Source of the DNA: Gemmatimonadota bacterium
GTDB taxonomy: Bacteria; Gemmatimonadota; Gemmatimonadetes; Palauibacterales; Palauibacteraceae
DNA length: 64,000 nucleotides
Assembly: GCA_039587355.1 (NCBI GenBank)
Contig: JBDHIO010000002.1
Coordinates: 95,824-159,823, forward strand
Direction: 5' to 3'
This document shows, one piece after another, positions 41,173 through 51,514 of this stretch. The translations under genes were made by a program, and so were the position numbers. Below the pieces are notes generated by a model. It saw only the letters and a program-made list of their open reading frames with translations. It made no database searches and had not been told where the DNA came from. Position 1 is the stretch's first letter. Each line of letters opens with the position of its first letter.

Positions 41173-42525
41173 TCACGACGCTTCCGAGCTCGCCGAGTCG
41201 GTCGGCGACGACCGCTCGCGGGCACCTCGAAGCTCGAGGCTCGTGATCCGCCGCTCGGTGAGTTCGAGGACGCGCAACTCGGCCTCGCCGATCGCGACGG
41301 AATCTCCCTCCTCGGGGATTCTGCCCAGCGTCGCGAGCACGTAACCCGCCATCGTGTCGTATTCGTCGGCATTCTCAAATCCGCCAAGCTCGAACCGATC
41401 AACGATTTCCGAGAACGACGCGCCTCCGTCGAGGATCACGCGGCCGTCGGGTCGGACGGCGACGTCGTCTTCCGCGATGTCGTGTTCATCGTAGATCTCG
41501 CCGACGATCTCCTCGAGCAGATCCTCCAGCGTGACGATCCCGTCGGTCCCTCCGAACTCGTCCAGGACGACCGCCATGTGCGTCTTTCGATGCCTCAACT
41601 CGGCGATCAGATCGTCGACCGGTTTCGTGTCGGGGACGAAGAACGGCTCACGCATCACCGCCGACGCTCCGGCGCCGTCGTCGCCGCTGACCACCCGGCC
41701 GAGCACGTCTTTCACGACCACGATGCCGATGATCTCATCGAGCGATTCCCTGAAGACCGGGAATCGCGAGAAGCCCGACTCGGCCGCCGTCTCGAGGATC
41801 ACCCCGATCGACGCCTCCGCGTCGACGCCGACGATGTCCGGACGCGGCGTCATGACCTCCCGCACGACGGTTCGAGTCAGCTCGAACACGCCCTGGATCA
41901 TCGCCTGCTCGTCCTCTTCGACCACCCCGCTCCGCTGGCTCTCGCTCACGAGCATTTCGATCTCGTCCGGGCTGTGGACCCGGTCGAACGCACTGGTCGC
42001 CGGTAGCCGGAGGAGGCGCAGCACGACATGCGATGACTGGTTCAGAAACCAGATCCAGGGCGCCATCAGTCGGTTGAACCCGTTCAGCGGTCCGGCGACG
42101 AACCGGCTCACGGCCTCCGGATACAGCAGGGCCGCGGTCTTGGGAGCGAGCTCACCGAGGACGATGTGGAGGTAGACGATCAGGACGAACGCGACGACGA
42201 TCGCCAGAGCATGCACGACGGCGGGCGCCGCCGATGTTCCGGCGGAAATCAGCAGGGATTCGATGACCCGGGCGATAGCCGGTTCGCCGATCCACCCGAG
42301 CGTCAGCGTCGCCAGCGTGACCCCGAGCCGGGTCCCGGATATCGCACGATCCAGATCCTGCTGGGCACGGGCGACACGTACGGCGCTCCGATACCCCGCG
42401 TCGATCAGTTCGCGGACGCGCGTGCGGCGTGCCCTGGCGAGCGCGTACTCCGCCGAGACGAAGAACCCGTTCGCCAGGACGAGGGCGAGTACGGCCAGGA
42501 GCCGGAGGACGACTCCTGAGTCCAT
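41173..42525 (-). CDS. HlyC/CorC (CNNM) family transporter: DUF21 membrane domain + CBS pair + CorC_HlyC transporter-associated domain
   Basis: N-terminal DUF21 (LALVLANGFFVSAEYALARARRTRVREL), tandem CBS and C-terminal CorC domain. 450 aa. Confidence 0.85.
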   Translation of the reverse strand: MDSGVVLRLLAVLALVLANGFFVSAEYALARARRTRVRELIDAGYRSAVRVARAQQDLDRAISGTRLGVTLATLTLGWIGEPAIARVIESLLISAGTSAAPAVVHALAIVVAFVLIVYLHIVLGELAPKTAALLYPEAVSRFVAGPLNGFNRLMAPWIWFLNQSSHVVLRLLRLPATSAFDRVHSPDEIEMLVSESQRSGVVEEDEQAMIQGVFELTRTVVREVMTPRPDIVGVDAEASIGVILETAAESGFSRFPVFRESLDEIIGIVVVKDVLGRVVSGDDGAGASAVMREPFFVPDTKPVDDLIAELRHRKTHMAVVLDEFGGTDGIVTLEDLLEEIVGEIYDEHDIAEDDVAVRPDGRVILDGGASFSEIVDRFELGGFENADEYDTMAGYVLATLGRIPEEGDSVAIGEAELRVLELTERRITSLELRGARERSSPTDSASSEAS

Positions 42526-42592
42526 CAGTCGAGCAAGGACCGGCTGATGCCGGCCCGTTCAGGTCCCGGGTCGTCCGGGGACGGAAGCTCGC

Positions 42593-42991
42593 TCAGGCTG
42601 CGCTTACCTCGCCGGTATCGATCACTTCCTCTTCGCTCGCACCGACCGCCTCGACCACGACTTCCTCGGCGGTCGCCACCGCGACCTCGATCTCTTCCGC
42701 GTTCTCTGCCGCGTTCTCCTCGACGTCTTCGTCCGCCTCGGTCTTCGCCGCGGCAGCCCGACCCCCGTGCGAGATCGCGGGGGCGCAGTACCGCTCCCCG
42801 ATGGCCCTGAGGGCGACGAGCTCGTCCGGAGTCAGTTCGGGATAGCGCTCCCCGAGGTATTCGATGGTGTCATCGAACCACTCGGAACGCTGATCATCTT
42901 CTGCTTCCAACACACCGCAACGACGAATATGACTGAAGAGCTCATCTCGAGCCCGATCGATCGAATTCGGAACGTATCCACCTTTTCCCAA
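42593..42991 (-). CDS. Hypothetical protein with an acidic C-terminal tail
   Basis: ATG start with coding-like GC3. Glu/Ala/Val-rich tail. No family recognised. Confidence 0.4.
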   Translation of the reverse strand: MGKGGYVPNSIDRARDELFSHIRRCGVLEAEDDQRSEWFDDTIEYLGERYPELTPDELVALRAIGERYCAPAISHGGRAAAAKTEADEDVEENAAENAEEIEVAVATAEEVVVEAVGASEEEVIDTGEVSAA

Positions 42992-43081
42992 GGCACCTCC
43001 TGATTGGTTTCAGTCTTGTTCTGCGTGGCGCGAATATACCCCGCGCCTGGGCTAGACGCCAAAACGGCCGCCGCAACGCGG

Positions 43082-43887
43082 CTATCCGTCGCCCGGCTCG
43101 AGCTCGCTCAGGTACATGTTCATCTCTCCGACCTTCATCTTCGACTTCAGCTGCACGATCACGCGGCGATGGTCATCGCTGATATAGACCTCGGCCTCGC
43201 CCTCTTCGGAGAAAATGCCGTCCGTCCGGATGACGGGCCGAACCACGATCGTCTCGAAGCGGCCGGCCCGGACTCGAACGCTCTCGCGTCTCAGCACCTC
43301 GACAACGATCGGGTTCCCGCGCTCGAGGAAGTAGTTGTCGAAGCTGTACACCTCTCCCACCTCGAGCGGGAGCGTCCTCACCAGGTAGAGAAAGGAGATC
43401 TCGTCCAGCGCGTTCTGCGGAATCTCGATGTCCCGGTCTTCCGGATGGGGCCGATAGCCACCGGCCTGCTCGTCCCAGTCCTCGCGAACGTAGGTCGACG
43501 AGGTGTGGTCCATCTCCCAGCGGCGATGCCGCTCGTACCCGCCCTGGTCGAGAATCTGTTCGAAGCGGAGCGAGCGGTACGGCGTCGTGGCGAGCCAGCC
43601 GACCTGGCGGTCGTCAATCTTGTAGAAGAAGGGCCCGCCCTCGAGCTCGAGCGCGAGCCGAAACGCCTCCGTGTCGCGGACACGCTCCCGGGCCTCGATG
43701 GCCAGCGAGGCCCGTCCGACCCGGATGGGGCCGAACGTGACGTCGTACGTGGCGCTCTCCCCGACGAGAAACGGCCATTCGGCGACGAAGGGGCCGGCAT
43801 CCGGGAGCGATTCGTCGGCCATCTGGGCCGACCCGGCGCTGAACGACAGGCCGATGGCCAGCGCCACCAGCGGGATCCGCGCTCGCA
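43082..43887 (-). CDS. DUF3108 domain protein (secreted; outer-membrane-associated beta-barrel-like family)
   Basis: ATG at 43887 overlapping the upstream GT2 stop. Signal peptide MRARIPLVALAIGLSFSAGSAQ. The length and beta-rich composition fit DUF3108. Confidence 0.55.
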
Positions 43888-44670
43888 TCACGCGGCGGCC
43901 GATCTCGCACGTTCGGCCGCTTCGCGAATCGATGGATCCCGGCGCGCATGCATCAGGGCCCTGAGCTGCGGCCACGGCTGGAATCGGCTCTCGCGGTACC
44001 GCCGCACACGCGTCGGCGACGGATCGATGACCTCCCCGCGTCGGACGGTCGGGAGGACCCTCAGCAGGAGCTCCGCGTTCGCGGCCCAGCCCTTCTGCCC
44101 GAGTAACGCGTTCCCCTCGCCCGCGTCCGCGAGCGCGCGACCCAGCGTGAATAGCCGGTAGAGCCTGAGGCTCGCATAGGGGTCGTGCGGCTCCTCGGCG
44201 ATCCGCAGACCGCGGGAGAGCAGGTTCGCGCCCGCCCGGATCAGGCGCTGCGGCCGCGGGCCGGCCGCCGGAGGCGAGATCGTGACCAGGTCGGCACCGC
44301 CCTCGAACCGTCGCATCATCTCCGGCACACACTCCGGAGCATCCGTGAAGTCCGCCTGCATCGTGACGAGAGCATCCCGCTTCGGATACCCGGACCGGGC
44401 CGCGGCCTCGCGGACGATCATCTCCAGCGTCGTCGCGTATCCCAGACAGGCGTCGTTGCGGATCAGGGTCATGGGCAACACGCGAGTGTATTTCTCGAGC
44501 ACCTCTTCGGTCCCGTCCGACGACGCATCGTCCACCACGATGACGTGGAACTCGCGTCGCTCCCCATAGAGCAACTCCCGAATCCGCCACAGAAGGGGTC
44601 CGATCGTGTGCCGCTCGTCGTGTACCGGAATGCCTATGTAGATCACTGTTCCAAGCCCCCCGTTTTCCAC
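43888..44670 (-). CDS. Glycosyltransferase family 2 (polyprenyl-phosphate sugar transferase-like)
   Basis: IGIPVHDERHTIGPLL...VIVVDDASSDGT (GT-A DxD context). 260 aa. Confidence 0.7.
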   Translation of the reverse strand: MENGGLGTVIYIGIPVHDERHTIGPLLWRIRELLYGERREFHVIVVDDASSDGTEEVLEKYTRVLPMTLIRNDACLGYATTLEMIVREAAARSGYPKRDALVTMQADFTDAPECVPEMMRRFEGGADLVTISPPAAGPRPQRLIRAGANLLSRGLRIAEEPHDPYASLRLYRLFTLGRALADAGEGNALLGQKGWAANAELLLRVLPTVRRGEVIDPSPTRVRRYRESRFQPWPQLRALMHARRDPSIREAAERARSAAA

Positions 44671-45458
44671 CGCCGATGAAACCAGAAGTACTGCTCGGGT
44701 CGCTCCCTCACGGCCTCCTCAAGTACAGACACCCAGACCCTCGTCGCCGTCACGGCGTCGCCCGCCTCGAGGGCCTCCTCCGCGATCGACTTCACCTCGA
44801 CAAGGTAACCTTTGCCTTCACGCACCAGGCTCCCGAAGACCAGCGGGACTCCGGCCGAGATTGCCAGGCGCGCCGGGCCCAATCGCCACATCGCGGGCCT
44901 TCCCAGAAACGGGATCGGCTCGCCGGCCCAGAAGTGTTGATCCGCCGCGAGCGCCACGCAACGACCGCTCCGAAGAGCCCGGTAGAGCGGCCGCACGCCC
45001 GCATCCTGATCGAGGACCTCCAGACCTATCTCCGATCGTAGCGCGCTCAGCCTGGACCCGAATCTACCGGCCTGCCGGCGCGCGACCGCCGTCAGAGGCA
45101 CCCCCACACTCGCGAGGTACGACCCGGCCAGCTCCCAGTTTCCGAGGTGCCCGGTGACGATGACGGCACCCCGATTCCCGCCCCCGATGCTCGAGAGGAT
45201 ATCGGCCGCCGCCCCCGGGTCGCGGACAGTGCCGAGCGCCCCCCGGACCGCTGTGACGCCGGATGCGAGCAGGCCAAATTCCTCGCCGAAGTGACGGTAG
45301 GAGGCTCTCGCCGTCCGCTTGACCCAAGAATCATCTCGATCCGGAAAGCTCTCGCGAATCTGCGTCTCGACGACACGCCGACGGACGCGTAGCCCCGCGT
45401 GGGCCAGGCCAGCGATCGCCCTTCCCGCGCGACGACCGAGCATCGAACGGTCAGGCAC
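44643..45458 (-). CDS. Lipid A biosynthesis (Kdo2-lipid IVA) acyltransferase, LpxL/HtrB family lysophospholipid acyltransferase
   Basis: Family-typical segments RHFGEEFGLL..., IVTGHLGNWEL (HX4D-like acyltransferase motif region), ALAADQHF. Confidence 0.65.
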   Translation of the reverse strand: MPDRSMLGRRAGRAIAGLAHAGLRVRRRVVETQIRESFPDRDDSWVKRTARASYRHFGEEFGLLASGVTAVRGALGTVRDPGAAADILSSIGGGNRGAVIVTGHLGNWELAGSYLASVGVPLTAVARRQAGRFGSRLSALRSEIGLEVLDQDAGVRPLYRALRSGRCVALAADQHFWAGEPIPFLGRPAMWRLGPARLAISAGVPLVFGSLVREGKGYLVEVKSIAEEALEAGDAVTATRVWVSVLEEAVRERPEQYFWFHRRWKTGGLEQ

Positions 45459-45473
45459 GAATCTCGATCTCGT

Positions 45474-47300
45474 TCACGATGTCGGTGTCATCTGCTCCAG
45501 CTGCCTCGCGAAGAGCCGCGCGTACGCCCCGTCGCGCGCCAGCAGTTCGTCATGCGTCCCCTCCTGGACGAGCCGTCCTTCCTCCAGGACGAGGATCCGG
45601 TCCGCCGCCCGCACGGTGGACAGCCGATGCGCGATGATTAGCACCGTCCGCCCGCGGAACAGCTCGCTCAACGCGTCCTGCACGTGCGTCTCGCTCTCCG
45701 AATCGAGGGCCGAAGTCGCCTCATCCAGAATGAGAATGGGAGAATCACGAAGCACGGCACGCGCGATGCCGATCCTCTGCCGCTGCCCGCCGGAGAGGCG
45801 GGTTCCCCGGTCTCCGAGCACCGTCCCGTAGCCCTCCGGCAACTCCTCGATGAACCCGTCCGCGTGGGCCGCCCGGGCTGCCGCGCGAACCGCGTCGTCC
45901 AGGCCCCCGGCCTCGCCGTAGGCGATGTTCGCGCTAACGGTGTCGTGAAACACCACCGTATCCTGGCTGACGAGTCCGACGAGACGCCGCAGCGAAGCCA
46001 GCGTGAGGTCCCGGATATCCGTCCCATCGATGAGGATCCTGCCCGCGCTCGGATCGGCGAACCTCGGGATCAGGTCGACCAGCGTACTCTTGCCTGCTCC
46101 CGACTGCCCGACTAGAGCCACCATCTCCCCGCGCTCGATCACGAGGTCGACATCGTGGAGGACCGGAAGGTCGCTGCCGTAGGAGAAGGTCACTCCCTCG
46201 AAACGGATTTCGGACTCGAGGCCGGTCGCTTCGATTCCTCCGCCCGACGGCTCAGGGTCCTCTTCGAGGATCTCCTTGAAACGCGCCGCCGCGGCGATGC
46301 CCTGGTGGAACTGAGGCGGCAGCTGCGAGAGCGCCTTGATGGGCGAGATCGCGCGCAGCGCCAGAGTGACAAAGGCGAGAAACTGATCCGGTCCCAGACC
46401 ATTGGACCCGAGCGTGAGACCGGCGCCGATCCACACGAGCGCCAGGGCCACGATCGACGCGAGCGTCTCGGACACGGGCGAGGCGAGATGCCCCACCATG
46501 TTCGTCTTCATGCTCGCGGAAGCGAACCGGGCGGAGCGCGTGGCGAATCTCCTCGCCTCCAGATCCTCCGTGCCCGACGCCTTCACGAGCCTCATGCCGG
46601 TGAGGTTCTCCTGGAGCGCGCTCGTCACTTCGCCGCGATAGTCGAACACGCGAGTCCATGCGGATCGCAGGCGTCCGAGAATCGGCCTCAACGCGAAGAT
46701 CATGATCGGTATGAGAACGAGGGCCAGGAGCGACAACCGCCAGGAGAGGACGACCAGCCCCGCGACGTGGGCCAGGATGGACGCCACGTGCCGCACGTAC
46801 ATGGACCCCACGGACGGGATCAGGCGAGCTTCGCGGGTATCCGACTCCACCCGCGCGATGAGCTGTCCTGTCTTGTCCTTGCCGAAGAACGCGAGCGGAA
46901 GGCGCTGCATGTGCGCCTGAACGGCGTTCCGAAGGTCGCGAATCAGCGACTCCTCGACGCGAATCGACAGGGCCGTCGCGCCGAACAACGAGACGTTCTT
47001 GACGATCGTTACGAGAATGACCACCAGGCAGACGAGCCGCAGCGCCGCGAGCCCCTCGGAATCCCCGATAATCCAGCCGAACAGGGTTTCGATCAGGCGC
47101 TCGGCGGAGTTCCTCCCCCCGCCCGGAAGGACCGCCCCCATGTCGAAGAGCGAACGGAGAAACGGGATGAGGAGCAGGATGCCGAAGGCGTCGAGTGCGG
47201 ATCCGAGAACGCCGAGGACCAGCGACGCCGCGAACGCGGCCCGGTAGGGCCTCAGGTACGACAGGACCAGGTGTAAGGGGGCTTCTTCGAGGATCCTCAT
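45474..47300 (-). CDS. ABC transporter permease/ATP-binding protein, MsbA-like lipid A/lipid exporter
   Basis: Six-TM domain followed by an NBD with Walker A GQSGAGKST, signature LSGGQRQRIGIARA and Walker B ILILDEATSALD. ATGA overlap with the upstream regulator gene. Confidence 0.85.
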   Translation of the reverse strand: MRILEEAPLHLVLSYLRPYRAAFAASLVLGVLGSALDAFGILLLIPFLRSLFDMGAVLPGGGRNSAERLIETLFGWIIGDSEGLAALRLVCLVVILVTIVKNVSLFGATALSIRVEESLIRDLRNAVQAHMQRLPLAFFGKDKTGQLIARVESDTREARLIPSVGSMYVRHVASILAHVAGLVVLSWRLSLLALVLIPIMIFALRPILGRLRSAWTRVFDYRGEVTSALQENLTGMRLVKASGTEDLEARRFATRSARFASASMKTNMVGHLASPVSETLASIVALALVWIGAGLTLGSNGLGPDQFLAFVTLALRAISPIKALSQLPPQFHQGIAAAARFKEILEEDPEPSGGGIEATGLESEIRFEGVTFSYGSDLPVLHDVDLVIERGEMVALVGQSGAGKSTLVDLIPRFADPSAGRILIDGTDIRDLTLASLRRLVGLVSQDTVVFHDTVSANIAYGEAGGLDDAVRAAARAAHADGFIEELPEGYGTVLGDRGTRLSGGQRQRIGIARAVLRDSPILILDEATSALDSESETHVQDALSELFRGRTVLIIAHRLSTVRAADRILVLEEGRLVQEGTHDELLARDGAYARLFARQLEQMTPTS

Positions 47301-48874
47301 TTCGGGGTCAGCAGGGCCGCCGGCATGATCATCTCATCCGGACTGACACCGCCGTGCAGGAAGCTGTCCCGATACCGGTTCTGATACTCCCGCAGCTTCG
47401 TCGGATAGACGAAGAAGTAGTCCTCTCGACAGAGCACGTACGTCTGCTTCAACCCGCCGGGCGGTAACCGCAGCTCGTCCGCGTCGGACGTCGCGAAGAC
47501 GGCTGAGGGATTCTCGACCCGCAGATCGTCCCCGAACTTGTACCGCAGGTTCGCCGTGGCGTCCCGTTTCGCGTAGACGGTCGCGGGTCGGTGACAGTGC
47601 AGCGACCCGTGATCCGTGGTCAGCAGGACCCTCACTCCCCGCTGCGCCGCGATCCGGAGCGCGCGAAACGCCGCGGAGCGCTTGAACCAGTTCACCGTCA
47701 GGGCACGGAGCGCGCTCGTATCCGGCGCCATCTCCCAGATCAGCCTCGACTCGGACCGGCCGTGCGTCAGCATGTCGACGAATCCGAAGACGAGCGCCGT
47801 GGCCGAGGGACTCGAGAGATAGCCCTCGAGTCGGCCGAGCATAGCATCGCCTTCGCCCGCCGAGAAGATCTTTTCGTAGTGCGTCGGCATCCGGCCACCG
47901 GCGAGCTCCGCGACGTGGCGATCGAACAGCTCATCCTCGAACGAGTTGTATCCGATCTCGTCCCCGCGCTCCCACCACTCGGGGCGCAATTCCGCGAGCT
48001 CATCCGGAAACAGACCGCTGAACAGGGCGTTTCGCGCATACGGCGTGGCCGTCGGGAGAATCGAGGAATAGAGCTCCTCCTCGATCTCGAAGAACTCCGA
48101 CACCAGTGGCGCGATCGCGCGCCACTGCCCCAGCCGCATGCAGTCCATGACGATCAACAGCGAGGCCGGGTCTTCGGTCAGCAGGGGGCTGAACATGCGG
48201 CGCAGCACGTCGACGGACAGAGTCGGACCCTCCTCGCCGCCCTCGTGCACCCACTCGCCGTATCGATCCGCGACGAAGTCGCAGAACCCCCGGCGGAGGT
48301 CCACCACCAGCGTGTCGAGGATGTCGCGGAGCCCGCTCTCTTGGGCCTCCTCGAGCTTGAGATCCCAGTCGATCATCTCCGAGTAGAGAGACGACCAGTC
48401 GGTCCACGAACGCGCGGTGGAGCACGCATCCCGGAGTTCCCCGAAACGTCGGGAGAAATCGCGAGCGATCTGCTCGTGTCGGAGGGCCGGGCCCGCGAGT
48501 AGCCGCGTCACGACGGAGAGGACCTGTCGGGGACTCGTCGGCTTCACGATGTAGTCGTCGGCTCGCCGCCCAATCGCCTCGTGCATCGTCGAGTCTTCCT
48601 CGCTCTTCGTCACCATGACGATGGGAAGACGCGGCGACGTGCGTCGGACACGATCGAGCACCTCGATGCCCCTGAGACCCGGCATCTGTTCGTCGAGGAG
48701 GACGAGGTCGTACGTCCTGCTCGCGAGAAGCTCCAGCGCGTCCTGGCCGTTCATGATCGCGTCGACCTGGTACCCCTCCGAGCGCAACAGCATGAGGTGC
48801 GGACGCAGGAGGTCCACCTCATCGTCCACCCAGAGGATCTTCCCTGCCCGAACGCCCTGCGTGGCTTCCGGCAC
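47297..48874 (-). CDS. Response regulator with receiver (REC) domain fused to a PglZ (alkaline-phosphatase-like) domain, PorX-like
   Basis: N-terminal REC (ILWVDDEVDLL..., phospho-acceptor context DLVLLDEQMPG, KP in IVKPT). C-terminal PglZ motifs including LLTTDHGSLHCHR (TxDHG). About 525 aa, as in PorX. Confidence 0.75.
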   Translation of the reverse strand: MPEATQGVRAGKILWVDDEVDLLRPHLMLLRSEGYQVDAIMNGQDALELLASRTYDLVLLDEQMPGLRGIEVLDRVRRTSPRLPIVMVTKSEEDSTMHEAIGRRADDYIVKPTSPRQVLSVVTRLLAGPALRHEQIARDFSRRFGELRDACSTARSWTDWSSLYSEMIDWDLKLEEAQESGLRDILDTLVVDLRRGFCDFVADRYGEWVHEGGEEGPTLSVDVLRRMFSPLLTEDPASLLIVMDCMRLGQWRAIAPLVSEFFEIEEELYSSILPTATPYARNALFSGLFPDELAELRPEWWERGDEIGYNSFEDELFDRHVAELAGGRMPTHYEKIFSAGEGDAMLGRLEGYLSSPSATALVFGFVDMLTHGRSESRLIWEMAPDTSALRALTVNWFKRSAAFRALRIAAQRGVRVLLTTDHGSLHCHRPATVYAKRDATANLRYKFGDDLRVENPSAVFATSDADELRLPPGGLKQTYVLCREDYFFVYPTKLREYQNRYRDSFLHGGVSPDEMIMPAALLTPK

Positions 48875-48875
48875 T

Positions 48876-49943
48876 TCAGTCCCCCGCGCCCCGATACCGA
48901 TCCCTCAACACTGCCAGCTTCTCTATGACATCCTCCTCCGAGATCGACTCCATGTTGCCCGGCCGCGTGACCCGAGATGGCTCCGTTTCACCGGGTCTGG
49001 TATACCGGTCCACGAGCAGATCGGCAAAGCGGCGGTACGGTCCGACACGCTTCGGATCCGTAAACCCGAACAGACCGATCGTAGGGGTGCCCAGCGCCAC
49101 CGCAATGTGCAGCGGGCCGGTGTCGGGACTCAGAACGGCGTCGCTCGCATCGAGCAGCCACGTCATCCGCCGCAAATCACGGTGCAACTCGACGTCCGGT
49201 GGGTGTCGGCAGAGGTCCCCCAAACGGGCCGCATCCGCCGCCTCCCCGGCCGACGGTCCCCCAACGAGGATCGTGCGATACCCGAAGTCCCGAGCGGCCA
49301 CATCCAGTACCCGGGCCGTCCGGTCCAGGATCCAGTCCTTCTCCGGCCGGGAAGAGCGGGTGGCGACGGCCAGGATCGGACGCCCATCGCCCTTCTCGAG
49401 CCAGCGACCGCGCGCCTCGCGCTCCTCCGGAGTGAAGTGGAAGTCCCATTCCGGGACCGTCGGCACGCCGATGTAGTCGAGGAACTCGAAGTACTGATCC
49501 TGCACGTGCCCCGGCGGACGTGCCGGAATCCGGCGATTCGTCGCGAGCCAGCTCAGATCGCGGGAACGGGCGCGGTCGTACCCCACGCGGAGCGGAGCAT
49601 CCATGAGCCGGGTAACGACGGCGGCCTTGAAGTACGGGTGCATGTCGAGCACCAGATCGAAGGACCTGTTGGCGATGTCTCGGCGGAAGTCACGATACGC
49701 CCTTACGCCACGTTCCCGATGAAAGAGCACGAACTCGTCGACATCGGGACGACCGCGCATGAGCTCGTGCGGGAGTGGCTGGATCACCCAGGTGATGTGA
49801 CACGACGGCCACGCGCGGCGAATGGAGGCCGCAACGGGGATTGCGTGGACCGTGTCGCCGATGGCGCTCATGCGCACGAGGGCGACTCGATCCGGCGGCC
49901 GATCGAGGTCGAGCCGGCCGGTCATGTCGGCGGATTCAAGCAC
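48876..49943 (-). CDS. LPS heptosyltransferase (glycosyltransferase family 9, WaaC/WaaF/RfaQ-like)
   Basis: GT9 pattern (RVALVRMSAIGDTVHAIPVAASIRR...). C-terminal DTGPLHIAVALGTPTIGLFG. Confidence 0.75.
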   Translation of the reverse strand: MLESADMTGRLDLDRPPDRVALVRMSAIGDTVHAIPVAASIRRAWPSCHITWVIQPLPHELMRGRPDVDEFVLFHRERGVRAYRDFRRDIANRSFDLVLDMHPYFKAAVVTRLMDAPLRVGYDRARSRDLSWLATNRRIPARPPGHVQDQYFEFLDYIGVPTVPEWDFHFTPEEREARGRWLEKGDGRPILAVATRSSRPEKDWILDRTARVLDVAARDFGYRTILVGGPSAGEAADAARLGDLCRHPPDVELHRDLRRMTWLLDASDAVLSPDTGPLHIAVALGTPTIGLFGFTDPKRVGPYRRFADLLVDRYTRPGETEPSRVTRPGNMESISEEDVIEKLAVLRDRYRGAGD

Positions 49944-50030
49944 GCCCGGACCTCCTCACCGCCTCGGCGGTACTGATCTCCGGCCTCAGGAACGGCTGAC
50001 AAACGGGAAGAGGGACCGTACTCTCGAATC

Positions 50031-51504
50031 GATGAGCATCCTCACACGCTATCTGTTGCGGCTCCAAGTGGCCCCGTTCGTCTTCGCGGTGACCGGGCTC
50101 ACGCTGCTGCTCCTGCTCGACCAGGTCAGCAAGCGGTTCGCGGACCTGATCGGGAAAGACCTCCACTGGACGGTGATCGTGGAGGTCTTCGTGTACTCGG
50201 TACCGTTCATTCTCGCCCAGACCCTGCCGATGGCGGTGCTCATCGCGGTCCTCTACACGTTCAACCGTCTCGCCGGCAACTACGAAATCACCGCGATCCG
50301 CGCCAGCGGCGTGTCGCTCATCCGCATCATGGCTCCGTTGATGGTCGCGGCCACGATTCTCGCGGGGGCGATGACCTGGTTCAACAACACGATTCTCCCC
50401 GAGTCGAATCACACGCTCCAGGCGCTGCTCACGAGCATCGGTCGCAAGAAGCCGACGTTCTATCTACGCGAACGAACGATCAACGAGGTACTCCCGTCGC
50501 GGCTGTACGTGCAACCCGGCCCGATCCATCGCGAGCGCAGCGCGTTCGATGATGTCGTCATCTACGACGAGCGAGGGAGCAAAAGCCGGACGATCTACGC
50601 CGACAGCGGCCGCATGGCGTTTGGTGGAGGCGGCGAAGATCTCTACCTCACGCTTCTCGACGGGACGCTGCAGGAACGCGTCGAAGACAGCCCGCACTCT
50701 TTTCAACGGATCAAGTTCCACCGGATGGTGATGAAGGTGGAGGATGTGTCCAACCTCCTCGAGCGCGACACGCTGAACAGCTACCGCAGTGATCGCGAGA
50801 TGAACATCCAGGACATGCACGAGATGGTCGTGGAGGGCGAACAGAGGGTCGCCCTCGCTCGAGCCGAGTCGCAGGAATACGCGATCGCGCTCGCGGAACG
50901 GCTCACCCGGTTCAGCGAGCCTCTCGAGGCGGCGGGCGAGATAGAAGGCAATCCGGTGGACGACCCCGCGCGCTCGCCGCTCGAGGCAGCGGACCCGACT
51001 GCCGAACGACTCGAGTCGCTTCGTCAGGACGGGGCGCGATCACCACCCGGAGCAGGGGAAGAAATCGTCGACCCGGGCACCAAGCTACAGGCACCGTCGG
51101 CGGACTCGGCGCGGGCGCTCGCTCGAGCCGCGGCCGAGCGCTTCGTCGCGGCGGTAGACGCGACCAACCGGTTCGACGCGTACCACCAGCGCGACCTGTC
51201 CGGGCAGGCACAGATCAACAAGTTCTGGGTCGAAATCCACAAGAAGGGGTCCATCCCCGCGGCCTGCATCGTATTCGTGTTGATCGGAGCCCCCATCGCG
51301 GTCCGCTACCCACGGGCCGGCGTCGCGCTCGTCGTGGGCGTCAGCCTGGTGTTCTTCGGCGCCTACTACGTCTCGCTCGTCGGCGGCGAGGAGCTCGCGG
51401 ATCGGAGGCTCATCTCCCCGCTCTGGGCCATGTGGGGACCCAACGTGCTCTTCGGCGTGGTCGGTCTCATCGCCCTGCTCCAGGCGAGACGGGTCTCCTC
51501 GTGA
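50031..51504 (+). CDS. lptF: LPS export ABC transporter permease LptF (YjgP/YjgQ family)
   Basis: ATG at 50031 gives MSILTRYLLRLQVAPFVFAVTGLTLLLL (typical LptF/G start). Three N-terminal TM segments, periplasmic beta-jellyroll, three C-terminal TM segments. Confidence 0.75.
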
Positions 51505-51514
51505 GTGTCCACGA

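Noticed and set aside
42547-42845. + strand ORFs (87-138 aa) between the CNNM and hypothetical genes, rich in PRPR/SPRS repeats
   Set aside because: Proline/arginine repeat translations of a GC-rich region antisense to the 42593-42991 gene. There is no start context.
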